Source: Macrostomum hystrix
Lineage: Eukaryota; Animalia; Platyhelminthes
Assembly: GCA_950097015.1 (NCBI GenBank)
Contig: CATNEN010000025.1
Location: forward strand, 2,294,001 to 2,358,000
Length of the DNA stretch: 64,000 nucleotides
Reading direction: 5' to 3'
Part shown: in pieces, positions 36,936-49,985 of the stretch
Position numbering within the stretch: the stretch's first letter is position 1
Layout of the letters: the number at the start of each line of letters is the position of its first letter
Position numbers and translations under genes: made by a program
Notes under the pieces: model-generated
Seen by the model: the letters and a program-made list of their open reading frames with translations, nothing else
Databases searched by the model: none
Told to the model about the DNA's origin: nothing

Positions 36936-38388
36936 AAATTTGGGTTGGTGTAGCAGCCTCCCCAGTCCAAGGACTGAACAATTGTACACAATGTACATAG
37001 TAACTTGGCTGTACATCTGTAATTTATATTCTCCATCTCAGTATTCAAATGTGCCGATAGACTTGAAATGTATCAACTGCACTTGACCGCACTGCTAAAC
37101 ATCTAAAAGGAAATATATCAGAAATATCACAATATGAAAAGCTATTATAGCATAGGCTATACATTCACTATCAATGTAGTCCTTAGATAATATAGTATTA
37201 TATCTAGTCTTTGTTAAGTTCCAATGTGGGTGCATCTGGATGCTCAACAAAGACCACACGGCAGCATAGCACCTGGTACATATAGAGCAATTGCATCATT
37301 CTCCGCGGCTTCGTTTTATCCATCCAGCGAGGCATGACATCACTCTTTGTACGTCTAGACAAAGCAAGATTACAGGCGACAGCAGAACGACTTCCACACT
37401 GGATAAGTTTAAGATTTTAAATCAACATTGGCAGCCCTCGTGTTGGCCCAACACTTTGTCCATTTTTATATTACGCGAGTATATAGTTTCAATGCGACAG
37501 GTAAACTTTGTTAATCGCATTGCAGGAGCTAGCTATATTAGTCTTTGTTGGGCTTAGTTCTGTCAGTTGGGCCGAATCAATGGAGACCTGTTGTTGCCAT
37601 ACAGATGTCGCTATATAAATTCTTTTGATGGAATCTAAGCCCTTCTGAATAAGTTCCGGGACATCTTAGATGCCTATCTGCCGTTATCCATCTCCACATT
37701 AGCACGGAATTCCAGACACTTCTCAAACCCAACCTGAAATTAGCCCAGTGTGAGCATTAGGTCTCTATCTATTCTTTGAGCTCATCGCCCACCTGTTTCG
37801 CATGAGGGACTCAAGAAAAGACAAGAGAAATTTGAGCAGTATAAAGATTCCAAAAACAATTTCAATTGTCACACTCGCGCCGTCTATTTCATCTGATTCC
37901 ATCCTTAGTTTTGCAGCGTTGCTAAGGCGCTTGGGCGAGTCTTGACGAACAGCGGCCGTGTAGTGTCAAAATCACCGCTCATCCTCTCGTGTTGGAATAC
38001 TAGAACCATTAATTAACTAATTAGGAGAGCTTTTTCATAGCTGGACACACTTCAGTGAGAGAGATGAAGAGGAAAAAACACAAAGAGCACAACACAGTGG
38101 AGTTTGGCTATCTCAGCCAATAGGAACACGCCATTGGAGCCGGCCCAACCAGCCAATGAGAGGCGAGATTCAATTCCTCCACTACCCCTGCTGGGCTAAC
38201 AGCTGACGGTGGCATATATATAGATTGGAATTGCGCAAAGCATTTCAGTCAAGGCAAGCTCTTGCAAGCTGATTGTTCACTAAGGCATTTAATAACTAGC
38301 CAGCGTGCCAATCATGACCCTGGCCTCTCAAACTGCTGATAAGTGTTCCATTGTCGCGGCCGAGTTGCGGCAACATCAGGCGCCACAG

Positions 38389-41300
38389 ATGACAGCTGAG
38401 GTAAGAATTATTAGAGCCATTATATTTTTCTTGTAGGTCGGGAGTTCGATTCCTGACTCCACTAGAACAATTTGTGTCCTTTGACAATAGTCAGTGGTGG
38501 TCCGAAGTTCGAATGCCATCCCAAAAGAAAAAAAATCTCGCGTCTCTCAAAAGAGACCAATAGTCGAAATGAGTTAGAAATTTGACTGGGTGTGATAGCA
38601 CACACTGGTCCCAGAAATCGTGGTTCATTTCTAATCCCAAACCCATAAACCCAACTCGCCGGGCAGGACAGCACCGCCCGCTACTGCCGCCGGTTGAACT
38701 CAGTGCTCAACACGCGGCCCGACGGCCCGAATCCAGAAGACGCCCGTCTGGCTGAGACAGCTCGCCTCTTCCGACGTCTCAGGCCGGAGCAGTTCTGCGA
38801 GCTGGCCCGAGTACACCTGGCCTTCCTGCTCGACCTGCCGCACTTCGACTATGAAGATGTTGGCCACAATGGCGGTGGAGGCGGACGACGGACTAGCTTC
38901 CGATTGTTGCCCAGACTGCCAGGACTGAGGAGATGTGAGTGTACTGGCAGGGTGAGAGGAAGGACGGGTAGGGTGAGAGGAAGATGGTTAGGGTGAGAGG
39001 AAGATGAGTAGGGTGAGAGGAAGAAGAGGAAGATAGTTTAGGTGAGAGGATGAGATGGGTGAGATGGGGTAGGGTGAGATGGGGTAGGGTAAGAGGAAAA
39101 TGGGTAGGGTGAGAGGATGATGATTAGGGTAAGAGGAAGATGGTTAGGGTCAGAAGAAGATGAATTAGGGTGAGAGGAAGATGAGTAGGGTGAGAGGAAG
39201 ATGAGTAGGGTGAGAGGAAGATGAGTAGGGTGAGGAAGATGAGTAGGGTGAGAGGAAGATGAGTAGGGTGAGAGGAAGATGAGTAGGGTGAGAGGAAGAT
39301 GAGTAGGGTGAGAGGAAGATGAGCAGGGTGAGAGGAAGATGAGTAGGGTGAGAGGGAGATGGGTAGGGTGAGAGGCAGATGAGTTTGCTAATAAAGAAAA
39401 GACAGGTATCACAGGATAAAATATGGAGTGATTCCCAATGTGTTTTAAATTGTTAGCTTTAGCTAATGAGTTTATCAGCAAACCATTTAGCACATTTTCA
39501 ACAAATTCTTGAGTGCCCAAGTCCAAATTTATAAAAAAGCAATGGAAACTAAAGGTTTAATACTCGAATTTGGTTGCCATCACAAGTCTGTTTTATTATC
39601 AACAAATTTGCAACTACAACATAAGCCCCATGGGCTTCGAGTGCATGTATTCACTGAGTCGTGTACCCGCAGGCAAAGTCCTTAGAAGCCAATTGAAAAA
39701 CATTCTCCCAGTTGCACCTTGCGTACTAGCTCCCCGACACACTCGTAGACTCATCCGCACTCAATTTCGACTCGAACATACACAAAGCTTTAGTTGCTAA
39801 GCGAGTGTCTCGATTGTCTCATTTTGAGACTGCCGCGCAATAGCTATAGAGACTCAAATATATATGGAAATTGCTGCGGGGCACACTAAGGACTGACTAA
39901 TAAGCTAGAGCACAGATTCCCAACACATCTCAACTCTGGCACCCAACAGTGCTGATTGAGTTATAAGAAGCCTATTTAACACATTTATAGGGGCTCTTGT
40001 TTAGAGTTAAGAAAGGCGAAAACACCCTTTGGGTATTCACAGACCCATAGCTGATTGTTTTTGGTTTCGAGGTGCGAAAAACCGCGGACCAGATGGGAGT
40101 GAGTGAAGGGGCTGGATAGTTCTAAGAAATCACCAATTCTAAGCATCCTGCTGAGGCCCAATATGGGTCCACTTGAGTTAGCTAAAGCACTGGCGAAAAT
40201 TGGGACCCTTTTATATGATGCACTGCAAACAATGGCACCGCCACCGACTGTGGCGATAGGCAGGTAAGGTAGGCAGGTAGATAAGTAAATAATTGGTAGG
40301 TAGATAGATTAAGAGTTGTGATTGGTTGCTAGTAATTAGATCTATTGCGTAGGTAGACTGTTGGGTAGATGTTGGGTGTTAGGCAGTTCAATAATCTATC
40401 AACGCCACGCCTTCCTAACCGCAGTGGCAGTTCGCAGCCAGAGCAATCTGCCAGTCGCGTCATTGTCAACGTCGGCATCCGGCAGTCAAGTTGGCGGCGG
40501 TCGCGGAGTAGACGGCCCGGTGGCCGCTGGATTATCGCTGCTGCTGCGCCACCTGCACGATGGAGATCGTGAGTCGCAATGATTAGTTCTCATAGTCGTA
40601 GTCAGATCTCGCACCGATCATTCTCAGTGCATGCAGTGCAAGCCAGAATGAGACGGCACCATGCAGGACATCTGCAGTTGAGTGCACCCATAGCATATTA
40701 CACCAGTCTGTACATGCGGGCACACCTGGTATGCCACAATGCACACTTGGCGGACCAGAAAGATGAGCCGGGCATTCTCACCTGGGGCGGAAGTAGCTGA
40801 TTGAAATCTTCCAAAATCTATTTAATTCTCCCACTTCACCTATTCTAAATCGAGTATAGTCGATTGTTTGAAAACAATTAGCTGTATTTTGCCCCTTAGG
40901 CTTGGGTCCACAGCTGGAAATCAGATTTAGCCCTATTCCGAAAAACAGTGGGTGGAATAAATTAATCCCTCCAAGCTATGGACCCAACCCTAAGTGGTCT
41001 ATAATCGATTCAATTAGCAAAGAACGGCCTGACTATTCAGCATAAACAAATTATAATCAGACAAAAGCAATCTGAAACCTCTGCAATTGAATCTGATGCT
41101 TAATTCAAGCCAAGTGAAATAAGAATCTTAAAAAGGTGTTAATCGATTGTCAATTGGTCATTGTTTAACCAAACTTGTCAAATTCGTTCAAGGCTACAAA
41201 ACTGAGGGAATCTTCCGCAAGACTGGCAGCTGCGGCCGGCAACGCGAGCTGCTGCGCTGCCTGCTCAACGGCGGTCGGCCTGAGCTCGAATCCTACACTG

Positions 41301-43076
41301 TACACGACGTGGCCAGCGTGCTGAAGCAGCTGTTGAGGTGCCCGGAGGAGCCGCTGCTGACTGAGCGTCATTTGGAGATTCTAGCGGCTATCGGAGGTGA
41401 GGCTTATAATAATAATAATAATAATATAATAATAATAATAATTGGAGGAGGGCTGTGGGCAAGGGCACACCATTTGGGGACACTTGAGCCGCTGCCAGCG
41501 AGGGGGCAAATCTTCCCATTTCGCTGACTCCTGAGCACACACGCACAACGTACGCAGGCACACACTCACACAGGTGTGTACATCTGCCCTGACTTTCTCA
41601 TCGTCAGGCAGTTACATTTCACGGTGCCTTGGAGGTTGGCCCTCAAGGGTGTAAATTGTACGAAAAGCCCTCGAGCCTTCTCTCCGCGGCTGCGCCCCAA
41701 ATGAATGCGGCTTCGCCGCGGAATCGAGCTTAGGGACCTTGGTGCGAGAGGCAAGCGTGTGGATGTGAGGCTTAGTTCCAATGAGTTCAAATCAAAGCTT
41801 AAAAACAGAACAGAAAATAAAAATAAAAACTGACGCTCTTGATTCCATCGACAGATCTCGGAGGCAGGGCGCCAGATGAACTCAGCAACTCACAACAGCA
41901 GCAGCAGCAGCAGCTAATCCGCTGTCGCCGGCTCCGAGCCGCCCGGCTTCTGATGCAGCTCCTGCCTGATGGAAGCGCCCGACTGCTGGCCCGCCTGCTG
42001 CGACTGCTGGCTGCGGTGGCTGCGGCGCCGTCGACCAGAATGTCCTGCGCCACCTTGGGCACAGTCTTCGGCCCTGTGCTGCTGGGCAACAACAGCAAGT
42101 CGGTGAGTGCCGCGCAGCTTCTCATCGTGGACCCATAGCTAAACCATGCAGCAGTTAACTAATTCACGTTAAATCCTCACTCAAAATTTCAGTGCGAGCC
42201 GGGCCAGGTGCAGAAGCGAATCGAGAGTTTGAATAGTGCCACCGCCTTCCTCATTACCAACTGCGCCACACTCAGATTGGTGAGGCTTACTCAGAATGCT
42301 TGGTAAACAAGTCAGTGGGCAACAAGCAGTGAATGAGGGTTAGGATAAGGGAGATAAAGAGCTATTTAATTTGGTGTTCTCGAGTAAGACACTTAACTCC
42401 CTACTGCTGCATTCGCATAGCTGTAAAATGGCGAGTAGCATCAGTTGGGGGTCGGTGGCAGAGCAGTAAACGCGTTTGCCTCTCGAGGCCACATTCATTT
42501 GGGGTGCAGCCGCGGAGAGAAGGCTCGAGGGCTTGTCGTACAATTTACACCCTTGAGGGCCAACCTCCAAGGCACTGTGAAGTGTAACTGCCTGACGATG
42601 AGTCAGGGCAGATGTACACACCTGTGTATCTCCTCGTCATTGGGTCTAATGTCACCAAATGATGTGCCATTACCCGCAGCTTTCCTGCAGTTATTATTAT
42701 TATTGTAGTAGCAGTTTGGAGTAGAAAAAATAGTGGGTGCCTTTGGAAAGCTGAGCCTTATCTGGTCTATAGCGGTTCTTTAATACTCTCATTCTCATAT
42801 TCAAATTCTCAGATTCCGCGCACCTTCGCCGAAGATCTCAAGCGTCATTTCGATCAGTTGACAGCGGCGACGGCGGCGGCCGCTTCCGAGGCAGCGGTCC
42901 CTGACGCGCCGCCCGCAGCTGCCGGCTCGAGTGGCGCCGATGTGTACAGTCAGACTCAGCTGGCCCAGCTCATCGACCATGTCAGCCGACTGCCGCCGGG
43001 CTGTCGGGACCGACGCAGGTTCGAGCGCAGATTTCACAGTCACCTCATCCAGCAGCAGCAGCAGCTGCAAAGAATT

Positions 43077-43110
<34 letters not shown>

Positions 43111-46064
43111 TCCAAGTAACACCAAAGAAGAGCGACTCTATTAGACGCCGCATGGGTGACAGCTCTGACCCAACTCAAGCTGGTGGACGAGGCGGTATTG
43201 GGCGCCTTCTGTCATTCAGGGTGAGACATCAGAGTTTTTTTCAGAGTCTACCAGAGTTCTGAGTTCACACAGTTAATATAGGCCGAAAATAACCAAAATC
43301 AAACTCAATGTTTGCAGAAACGACTCCGGCAGAGCGGAGGCAGCTGCGTCCCATTGCCAGGTCTGGGCGAGTGCAGTAAACTCGAGGCCTCCACTCTAAC
43401 GGTGAGCATAGACTCATCATTACTGATTGATTTTTAAACTAGCAATGCATTTTATTCCTTCATTAAGTTTGATAGGATATATTCAATTTGGTAGGATAGA
43501 CTAGCAATCCATTAAATTTGGTAGGATAGATTAGCAATCCATTCAATTTGGAAGGATAGATTAGCAATCCATTCAATTTGGTAGGAGAGATTAGCAATCC
43601 ATTCAATTTGGTAGGATAGATTAGCAATCCATTCAATTTGGTAGGATAGATTAGCAATCCATTCAATTTGGAAGGATAGATTAGCAATCCATTCAATTTG
43701 GTAGGAGAGATTAGCAATCCATTCAATTTGGTAGGATAGATTAGCAATCCATTCAATTTGGTAGGATAGATAAGCAATTCATTCAATTTGGTAGGATAGA
43801 TTAGCAATCCATTCAATTTGGTAGGATAGATTAGCAATCCATTCAATTTGGTAGGATAGATTAGCAATCCATTCAATTTGGTAGGATAGATTAGCAATCC
43901 ATTCAATTTGGAAGGATAGATTAGCAATCCATTCAATTTGGTAGGATAGATTAGCAATCCATTCAATTTGGTAGGATAGATTAGCAATCCATTCAATTTG
44001 GTAGGATAGATTAGCAATCCATTCAATTTGGTAGGATAGATTAGCAATCCATTCAATTTGGTAGGATAGATTAGCAATCCATTCAATTTGGTAGGATAGA
44101 TTAGCAATCCATTCAATTTGGTAGGATAGATTAGCAATCCATTCAATTTGGTAGGATAGATTAGCAATCCATTCAATTTGGTAGGATAGATTAGCAATTC
44201 ATTCAATTTGGTAGGATAGACTAGCAATCCATTCAATTTGGTAGGATAGATTAGCAATCCATTCAATTTGGTAGGATAGATTAGCAATCCATTCAATTTG
44301 GTAGGATAGATTAGCAATCCATTCAATTTGGTAGGATAGACTAGCAATCCATTCAATTTGGTAGGATAGACTAGCAATCCATTCAATTTGGTAGGATAGA
44401 TTAGCAATCCATTCAATTTGGTAGGAGAGATTAGCAATCCATTCAATTTGGTAGGAGAGATTAGCAATTCATTCAATTTGGTAGGATAGATTAGCAATCC
44501 ATTCAATTTGGTAGGATAGATTAGCAATCCATTCAATTTGGTAGGATAGATTAGCAATCCATTCAATTTGGTAGGATAGATTAGCAATCCATTCAATTTG
44601 GTAGGATAGATAAGCAATTCATTCAATTTGGTAGGATAGATAAGCAATTCATTCAATTTGGTAGGATAGATTAGCAATCCATTCAATTTGGTAGGAGAGA
44701 TTAGCAATTCATTCAATTTGGTAGGATAGATTAGCAATCCATTCAATTTGGTAGGATAGATTAGCAATCCATTCAATTTGGTAGGATAGATTAGCAATCC
44801 ATTCAATTTGGTAGGATAGATTAGCAATCCATTCAATTTGGTAGGATAGATAAGCAATTCATTCAATTTGGTAGGATAGATAAGCAATTCATTCAATTTG
44901 GTAGGATAGATTAGCAATCCATTCAATTTGGTAGGATAGATTAGCAATCCATTCAATTTGGAAGGATAGATTAGCATTCCATTCAATTTGGTAGGATAGA
45001 TTAGCAATCCATTCAATTTGGTAGGATAGATTAGCAATCCATTCAATTTGGAAGGATAGATTAGCAATCCATACAATTTGGTAGGATAGATTAGCAATCC
45101 ATTCAATTTGGTAGGATAGATTAGCAATCCATTCAATTTGGTAGGATAGATTAGCAATCCATTCAATTTGGTAGGATAGATTAGCAATTCATTCAATTTG
45201 GTAGGATAGATTAGCAATCCATTCAATTTGGTAGGATAGATAAGCAATTCATACAATTTGGTAGGATAGATTAGCAATTCATTCAATTTGGTAGGATAGA
45301 TTAGCAATCCATTCAATTTGGTAGGATAGATTAGCAATTCATTCAATTTGGTAGGATAGATTAGCAATCCATTCAATTTGGTAGGATAGATTAGCAATCC
45401 ATTCAATTTGGTAGGATAGATTAGCAATCCATTCAATTTGGTAGGATAGATAAGCAATCCATTCAATTTGGTAGGATAGATTAGCAATCCATTCAATTTG
45501 GTAGGATAGATAAGCAATTCATACAATTTGGTAGGATAGACTAGCAATCCATTCAATTTGGTAGGATAGATTAGCAATTCATTCAATTTGGTAGGATAGA
45601 TTAGCAATCCATTCAATTTGGTAGGAGAGATTAGCAATTCATTCAATTTGGTAGGATAGATTAGCAATCCATTCAATTTGGTAGGATAGATAAGCAATCC
45701 ATACAATTTGGTTGCATAGACTAGCAATCCATTCTAATCCTTCATTTGATTCAACCCTCGACAGCCGTCGCTGCCGAAGCCGCAGCATCGCCAGCCGCTT
45801 CTCCGCCGTCTGCTCTTACTGGCTGCAAGCCGACGCAACCGGTCATCCAGCAGTCGTCGAATGCGCCAATCCATATCGCTAGTTTCGTCGCCAAAGTTGA
45901 CCTTCTGCGACGTTGGCCAGGCCGCTTGCCTGTCGCCGTCGCCTCCTCAGTCGCCGACTTTTCAGTCCAGCATCGGCGGAGATAACAATGACAGCGTGGA
46001 TGGCGAATCGACTGTGTTTGAAAGCCCAGTCGTACTGACCTACAGCTGTGTGACAGCTCTTTAA
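38389..46064 (+). CDS. ARHGAP19: RhoGAP, ARHGAP19/RhoGAP54D-like, 9 coding exons
   Basis: Exons 38389-38400, 38667-38934, 40425-40568, 41193-41396, 41855-42102, 42193-42279, 42813-43220, 43318-43401 and 45765-46064, all phase-compatible GT-AG. Motifs RPEQFCEL...LLDLP, TEGIFRKTGSCGRQ (arginine finger), HDVASVLKQLLR..EPLLT, RMSCATLGTVFGP, LNSATAFLI and TQLAQLIDHV match the ARHGAP19 layout. The first two exons are less certain. Confidence 0.8.
38960..39385. repeat. 20-bp purine-rich minisatellite in RhoGAP intron
   Basis: Unit GGGTGAGAGGAAGATGAGTA. Confidence 0.9.
41565..41735 (-). mobile_element. SINE 3' segment in RhoGAP intron 4 (inverted relative to the copy in intron 6)
   Basis: Reverse complement matches 42480-42630 closely (ATTCATTTGGGG.GCAGCCGCGGAGAGAAGGCTCGAGGGC...GGCAGATGTACACACCTGTG). 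Confidence 0.75.
42380..42630 (+). mobile_element. CORE-like SINE fragment in RhoGAP intron 6
   Basis: GTAAGACACTTAACTCC...GCTGTAAAATGG CORE-like segment followed by the same 3' segment as at 41565-41735. Confidence 0.7.
43465..45730. repeat. 30-bp minisatellite (about 75 copies) filling RhoGAP intron 8
   Basis: Unit GTAGGATAGATTAGCAATCCATTCAATTTG, highly homogeneous; bounded by donor 43402 and acceptor 45764. Confidence 0.97.
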
Positions 46065-46525
46065 GACGCGGGTTCTGACAATTTTTTTTAGAGTTTCACT
46101 GTTTGTACAGAATTTAGCTTTCTTTCATAGTCAGCCCTTGTTTGCTCGATTCGTCAAGTGTTGCAATGATGAATTTAGAATATTTTTGGCTTCCAATAAT
46201 TTGCACTCAACCATGTTGATCATTGTAAATAAAAGTTGCATTTTTAGCAGGATAATTAAAAATTATATAAAAATTTAAGCATAACTCCGTTTTGGCCTTA
46301 ATTCCTATAATAATAATCCTATAATATAATCCAATTGAGTCTTCGCAGTAAGAGATCGTCTTTAAGGCGGTAAAGGGAGACCAGGAGAAGGAAGAGAGGG
46401 AGATAAAGAGGGAGAGAGTTATAGGAAGAGGGAAAGAGGGATAGGAAGAGGGAAAGAGGGATAGGAAGAGGGAGAGTGGGATAGGAAGAGGGAGAGTGGG
46501 ATAGGAAGAGGGAAAGAGGTTGTAG

Positions 46526-46840
46526 GAGGTTGTAGCCTAGTGGTTAGAGCGTTGGACTCACGACTTGAAGGTCGGGGGTTCGATTCCCGACTCCACTGGA
46601 ACAATTTGTGTCCTTTAGCTAGAGACTTAACTGTGCATTGCTTCAGTTCACCCAGCTGTTAATTGGGTACCAGCATCAGCTGGGATAATTTTAAGGTGGG
46701 TGTGGCGTCCCCCCAGTCCATGGACTGAACAGCCTTCAGATGCACCGCGCAATATCTGCGGCTGTGCTGCCGGCTGCACATCTGGCCCAATTGGGGCAGG
46801 TGTAATCAATTCTTATTAATTATTTATTAATTTTCCTATA
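46526..46840 (+). mobile_element. tRNA-derived SINE with CORE-like central domain (best copy)
   Basis: A box TAGCCTAGTGG and B box GGTTCGATTCCC, then TGTGTCCTT...ACTTAAC...CAGTTCACCCAGCTGTTAATTGGGTACC (similar to the CORE/MIR domain), 3' body and AT-rich tail. Other copies or fragments at about 18345, 38440, 46930 (-) and 53562 (-). Confidence 0.8.
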
Positions 46841-47639
46841 ATAAGAAATTTTTTTTTTATCAGAGGGTGATAAATCCTCAATTACTGAATGTGAAATGAA
46901 GCAAAGGACAAAGAACACAAATTGTTACAGTGGAGTCGGGAATCGAAACTCCGACCTTCAAGTCAAGTCACAAGTTGACAAAGGTTAAATCCTGAGCAGT
47001 CCTTAAGAATCGTTACCAAAAGTTCTAGTTTCATATTGTTCTCTTTTTTTCTGATTCTCGACATTCTCAAAAGTTGCACGACTTGTTCACCCACCAATGT
47101 CCGCTGAATGTCTGCAGTCATCTGACGTGCTTCGCTGAGTTTTTATGTTGCATTGCGCAACTCTCGCGGCTAGTCAATCGCGTCCAAATTCAAAATTGCC
47201 TGGCATAAAATGGCATTCCAATTTATATTCTTTGGATAAACATACTAGCTTCAATCCTGCTGAATAATACGAAAAAAACTTATTTTCCTCGAGGCAATTT
47301 AACATAAAATAATTGATTTCAAAGGATCACCAAATACCTCAGCAAGGTGTTGAGATTGGGCAGCTAAGCGTGACGGCAGAGCCTCAGTAAACTGAATCAC
47401 CTGAGATTGTGCTGAAAAGATTATAAAAGCTAATTAGGCAAAGAAAAACAACTTGAAAACGGTGCGAAAACAATTGTGAACATATAATTTGCTGTAATTT
47501 TGTTAGTAAAATCTGAAACTTATAAAAAAGGAAGTGTGAAATATGAGAGCAACTCAAATTGATCAAATACCTGAATAAAGTGTGGGAAAACTTACTTAGC
47601 AATAATTAAAACTTAAAAAAACTTTTTTCATGAGTCATA

Positions 47640-47960
47640 AAGTAAGAAGTGGCCAGAGTGAGGAGACAGTGAGACAGTGGAAATAGAGACATAGAGTGGA
47701 AGAGAGAGGCAGAGAGGAAGTCCAGGAGAAGGGAGAGAGGAAGAGGGAGAGGGAGAGAGGGAGAGAGTGAGATAAAGTGGGAGAGAGGGAGAGGAAGAGG
47801 GAGAGATTAAGAGGGGAGAGAGGTGGAGAGAGTGATTGGGTGATGGAGAGTGAGATAGAGAGTGCGAGGGGACGATGGAGGGGCAGAGAGGGAGAGAGAA
47901 CGAGACAGAGGTAGTAGATATAAAGAGGTAGAGAGTAAAAGATGGTGAGAATGGGATACC
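47640..47960. repeat. GA-rich low-complexity tract
   Basis: Runs of GAGAGG/GGAGAG. Confidence 0.85.
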
Positions 47961-48699
47961 GGGAGCGAGAAGATAGTTTAGGCCCGAGTTGCAACAGTTA
48001 GCTAGTTGTAGCTTATATTTAAATGTCGGGCATTAGCATTAAAATTTAAGGCCTCTGAGCATATAAATGAGAAATTCAATGCAAAATAATACCCGCTATG
48101 AATGAAACAGGAATTGCAGGGCATCAATCACTGTCTCAACACTCCATTGTTACCAGACTTTTGTTCTCAATTATATATCCAAATGAATAAGTGTCAGGAC
48201 TCGCAATGGGCGACAATATTGAACGAAAAATTCCAACTCAGAACAATGGTCTCGGAACAATGGGTAGGTGGCTAGTAGATTTTCAATCGGGCTGTTCATT
48301 TTCTGGTCCCTGATGCTCAGAGCTGAAATGGAATAATTCTCCAAAATGAGATGAGTTTAATTTAGCCTATTTAAAAGTAGAACCATATATTGTATATGGC
48401 CGCTGGCCTGTTTGGCGGGTTGAGTTGCGAAGGCCACCCAGTTTGTTTGTTTGTGAGATTTTGCGCTGTGTGGGTCCTGTATTGCTCAACGCCCCCTAGC
48501 AACTGCTGGACCTTGAGTAGGCTCTCAGGGGATGTTGAAGGTTGCCGGGCAATAAATTGTTAATGGGGACGAGTCGCTTCTGGTGCCAAGTGAACAGCTT
48601 TCAGGGCTCAGGTGTGTCGCAAGAATGCTTTGAATTTAAATTCTGTATTTTCTTTAAAGCTTTGAGTCAGTTTCTGTTTATTTTGCTAACTCTGCCTAA

Positions 48700-49985
48700 C
48701 TCTCTGAAGTTTCTGGGATTAAGTTTCTGGTGGAATAAGGGAACTTTCTGTGAATAGGGAACTTTCTGGGATTAGCGAAGTTTCTGGGATTAGCGAAGTA
48801 TCTAGGACAAGCGAAGTTTTTGGGATTAGGGAAGTTTCTGGGATTAAGAAGTTTCTCGGATTAAGGAAGTTTCTGGGATTAGGTAAGATTCTAGGGTTAG
48901 GGAAGTTTCTAGGATTAAGGTTTTTTTCTGGAATTAAGTCAATTTTTATGATTAGGTAAGTTTCTGGTGACATTAGGGAACTTTCTGTGAATAGGGAAGT
49001 TTCTGGGATTAAGGAAGTTTCTGGGATTAGGGAAGTTTCTGGGATTAGGGAAGTTTATGGGATTAGGGAAGTTTCTGGGATTAGGCAAGCTTCTGAGATT
49101 TGAGATGTTTCTGGGAATAGAGAAGTTTTTTGGATTAAGGAAGTTTCTCTGATTGAGGAAGATCTTGGCATAAAGTGAGTTTCCGGGATTAGGGAAGTTT
49201 CTTGGATAAAGGAAGTTTCTAGGGCTAGGGAAGTTTCTGGGGCTAGGGAAGTGTCTGGGGTTAGGGAAGATTCTAGGATTAGGGAAGTTTCTGGAATTAA
49301 TGAAGTTTCTGGTATTAGGGAAGTTTCTCGGATTAAGGAAGTTTCTGGGATTAGGGAAGTTTCTGGGATTAGGGAAGTTTCTGGGATTAGGGAAGGTTCT
49401 CGGATTAAGGAAGTTTCTGGGATTAGGGAATTTTCTGGGATTAGGGAAGTTTATGGGATTAAGGAAGTTTCTAGGATTAACGAAGTTTCTGTGGTTAGGG
49501 AAGTTTCTGGGATTAGGGAAGTTTCTGGGATTAAGAAGTTTCTCGGATTAAGGAAGTTTCTGGGATTAAGGAAGTTTCTGGGATTAAGGAAGTTTCTGGG
49601 ATTTGGAAAGTTTTTGGGATTAAGTAATTTTCTGGGATTAAGTAAGTTTCTGGTGGAATTAGGGAACTTTTTGTGATTAGGGAAGTCCCTGGGATTAATG
49701 AAGTCCCTGGGATTAATGAAGTCTCTCGGATTAAGGAAGTTTCTAGGATTAACGAAGTTTCTGTGGTTAGGGAAGTTTCTGGGATTAGGGAAGTTTCTGG
49801 GATTAAGAAGTTTCTGGGATTTGGAAAGTTTTTGGGATTAAGTAATTTTCTGGGATTAAGTAAGTTTCTGGTGGAATTAGGGAACTTTTTGTGATTAGGG
49901 AAGTCCCTGGGATTAATGAAGTCTCTGGGATTTGGGAAGTCTTTGGGGTTAGGGACGGTTCTGGGACTTAAGGAGTTTCTTGGAC
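48700..49985 (+). repeat. 18-bp degenerate minisatellite with internal block duplications
   Basis: Unit GGGATTAGGGAAGTTTCT; larger blocks are re-duplicated (e.g. about 49455-49720 and 49725-49920). Confidence 0.92.

Noticed and set aside
35164-36981. ORFs (SFSYLPIE)n, (NSLLHYCC)n and (SSNAAVNY)n
   Set aside because: Products of 24-bp tandem repeats.
38514-38585. Short ORF MPSQKKKISRLSKE as the RhoGAP start
   Set aside because: Terminates after 23 codons inside intron 1; the MTAE exon at 38389 with a strong GTAAGA donor fits the frame better.
43463-45727. 754-aa ORF (LIYPTKLNGL)n
   Set aside because: Translation of a 30-bp tandem repeat, antisense within a RhoGAP intron with clear flanking splice sites.
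46526-46600. tRNA gene (Val-CAC-like head with A and B boxes), also at 53690-53760
   Set aside because: Runs directly into a CORE-like domain and SINE tail, and recurs as diverged dispersed copies; it is a SINE head.
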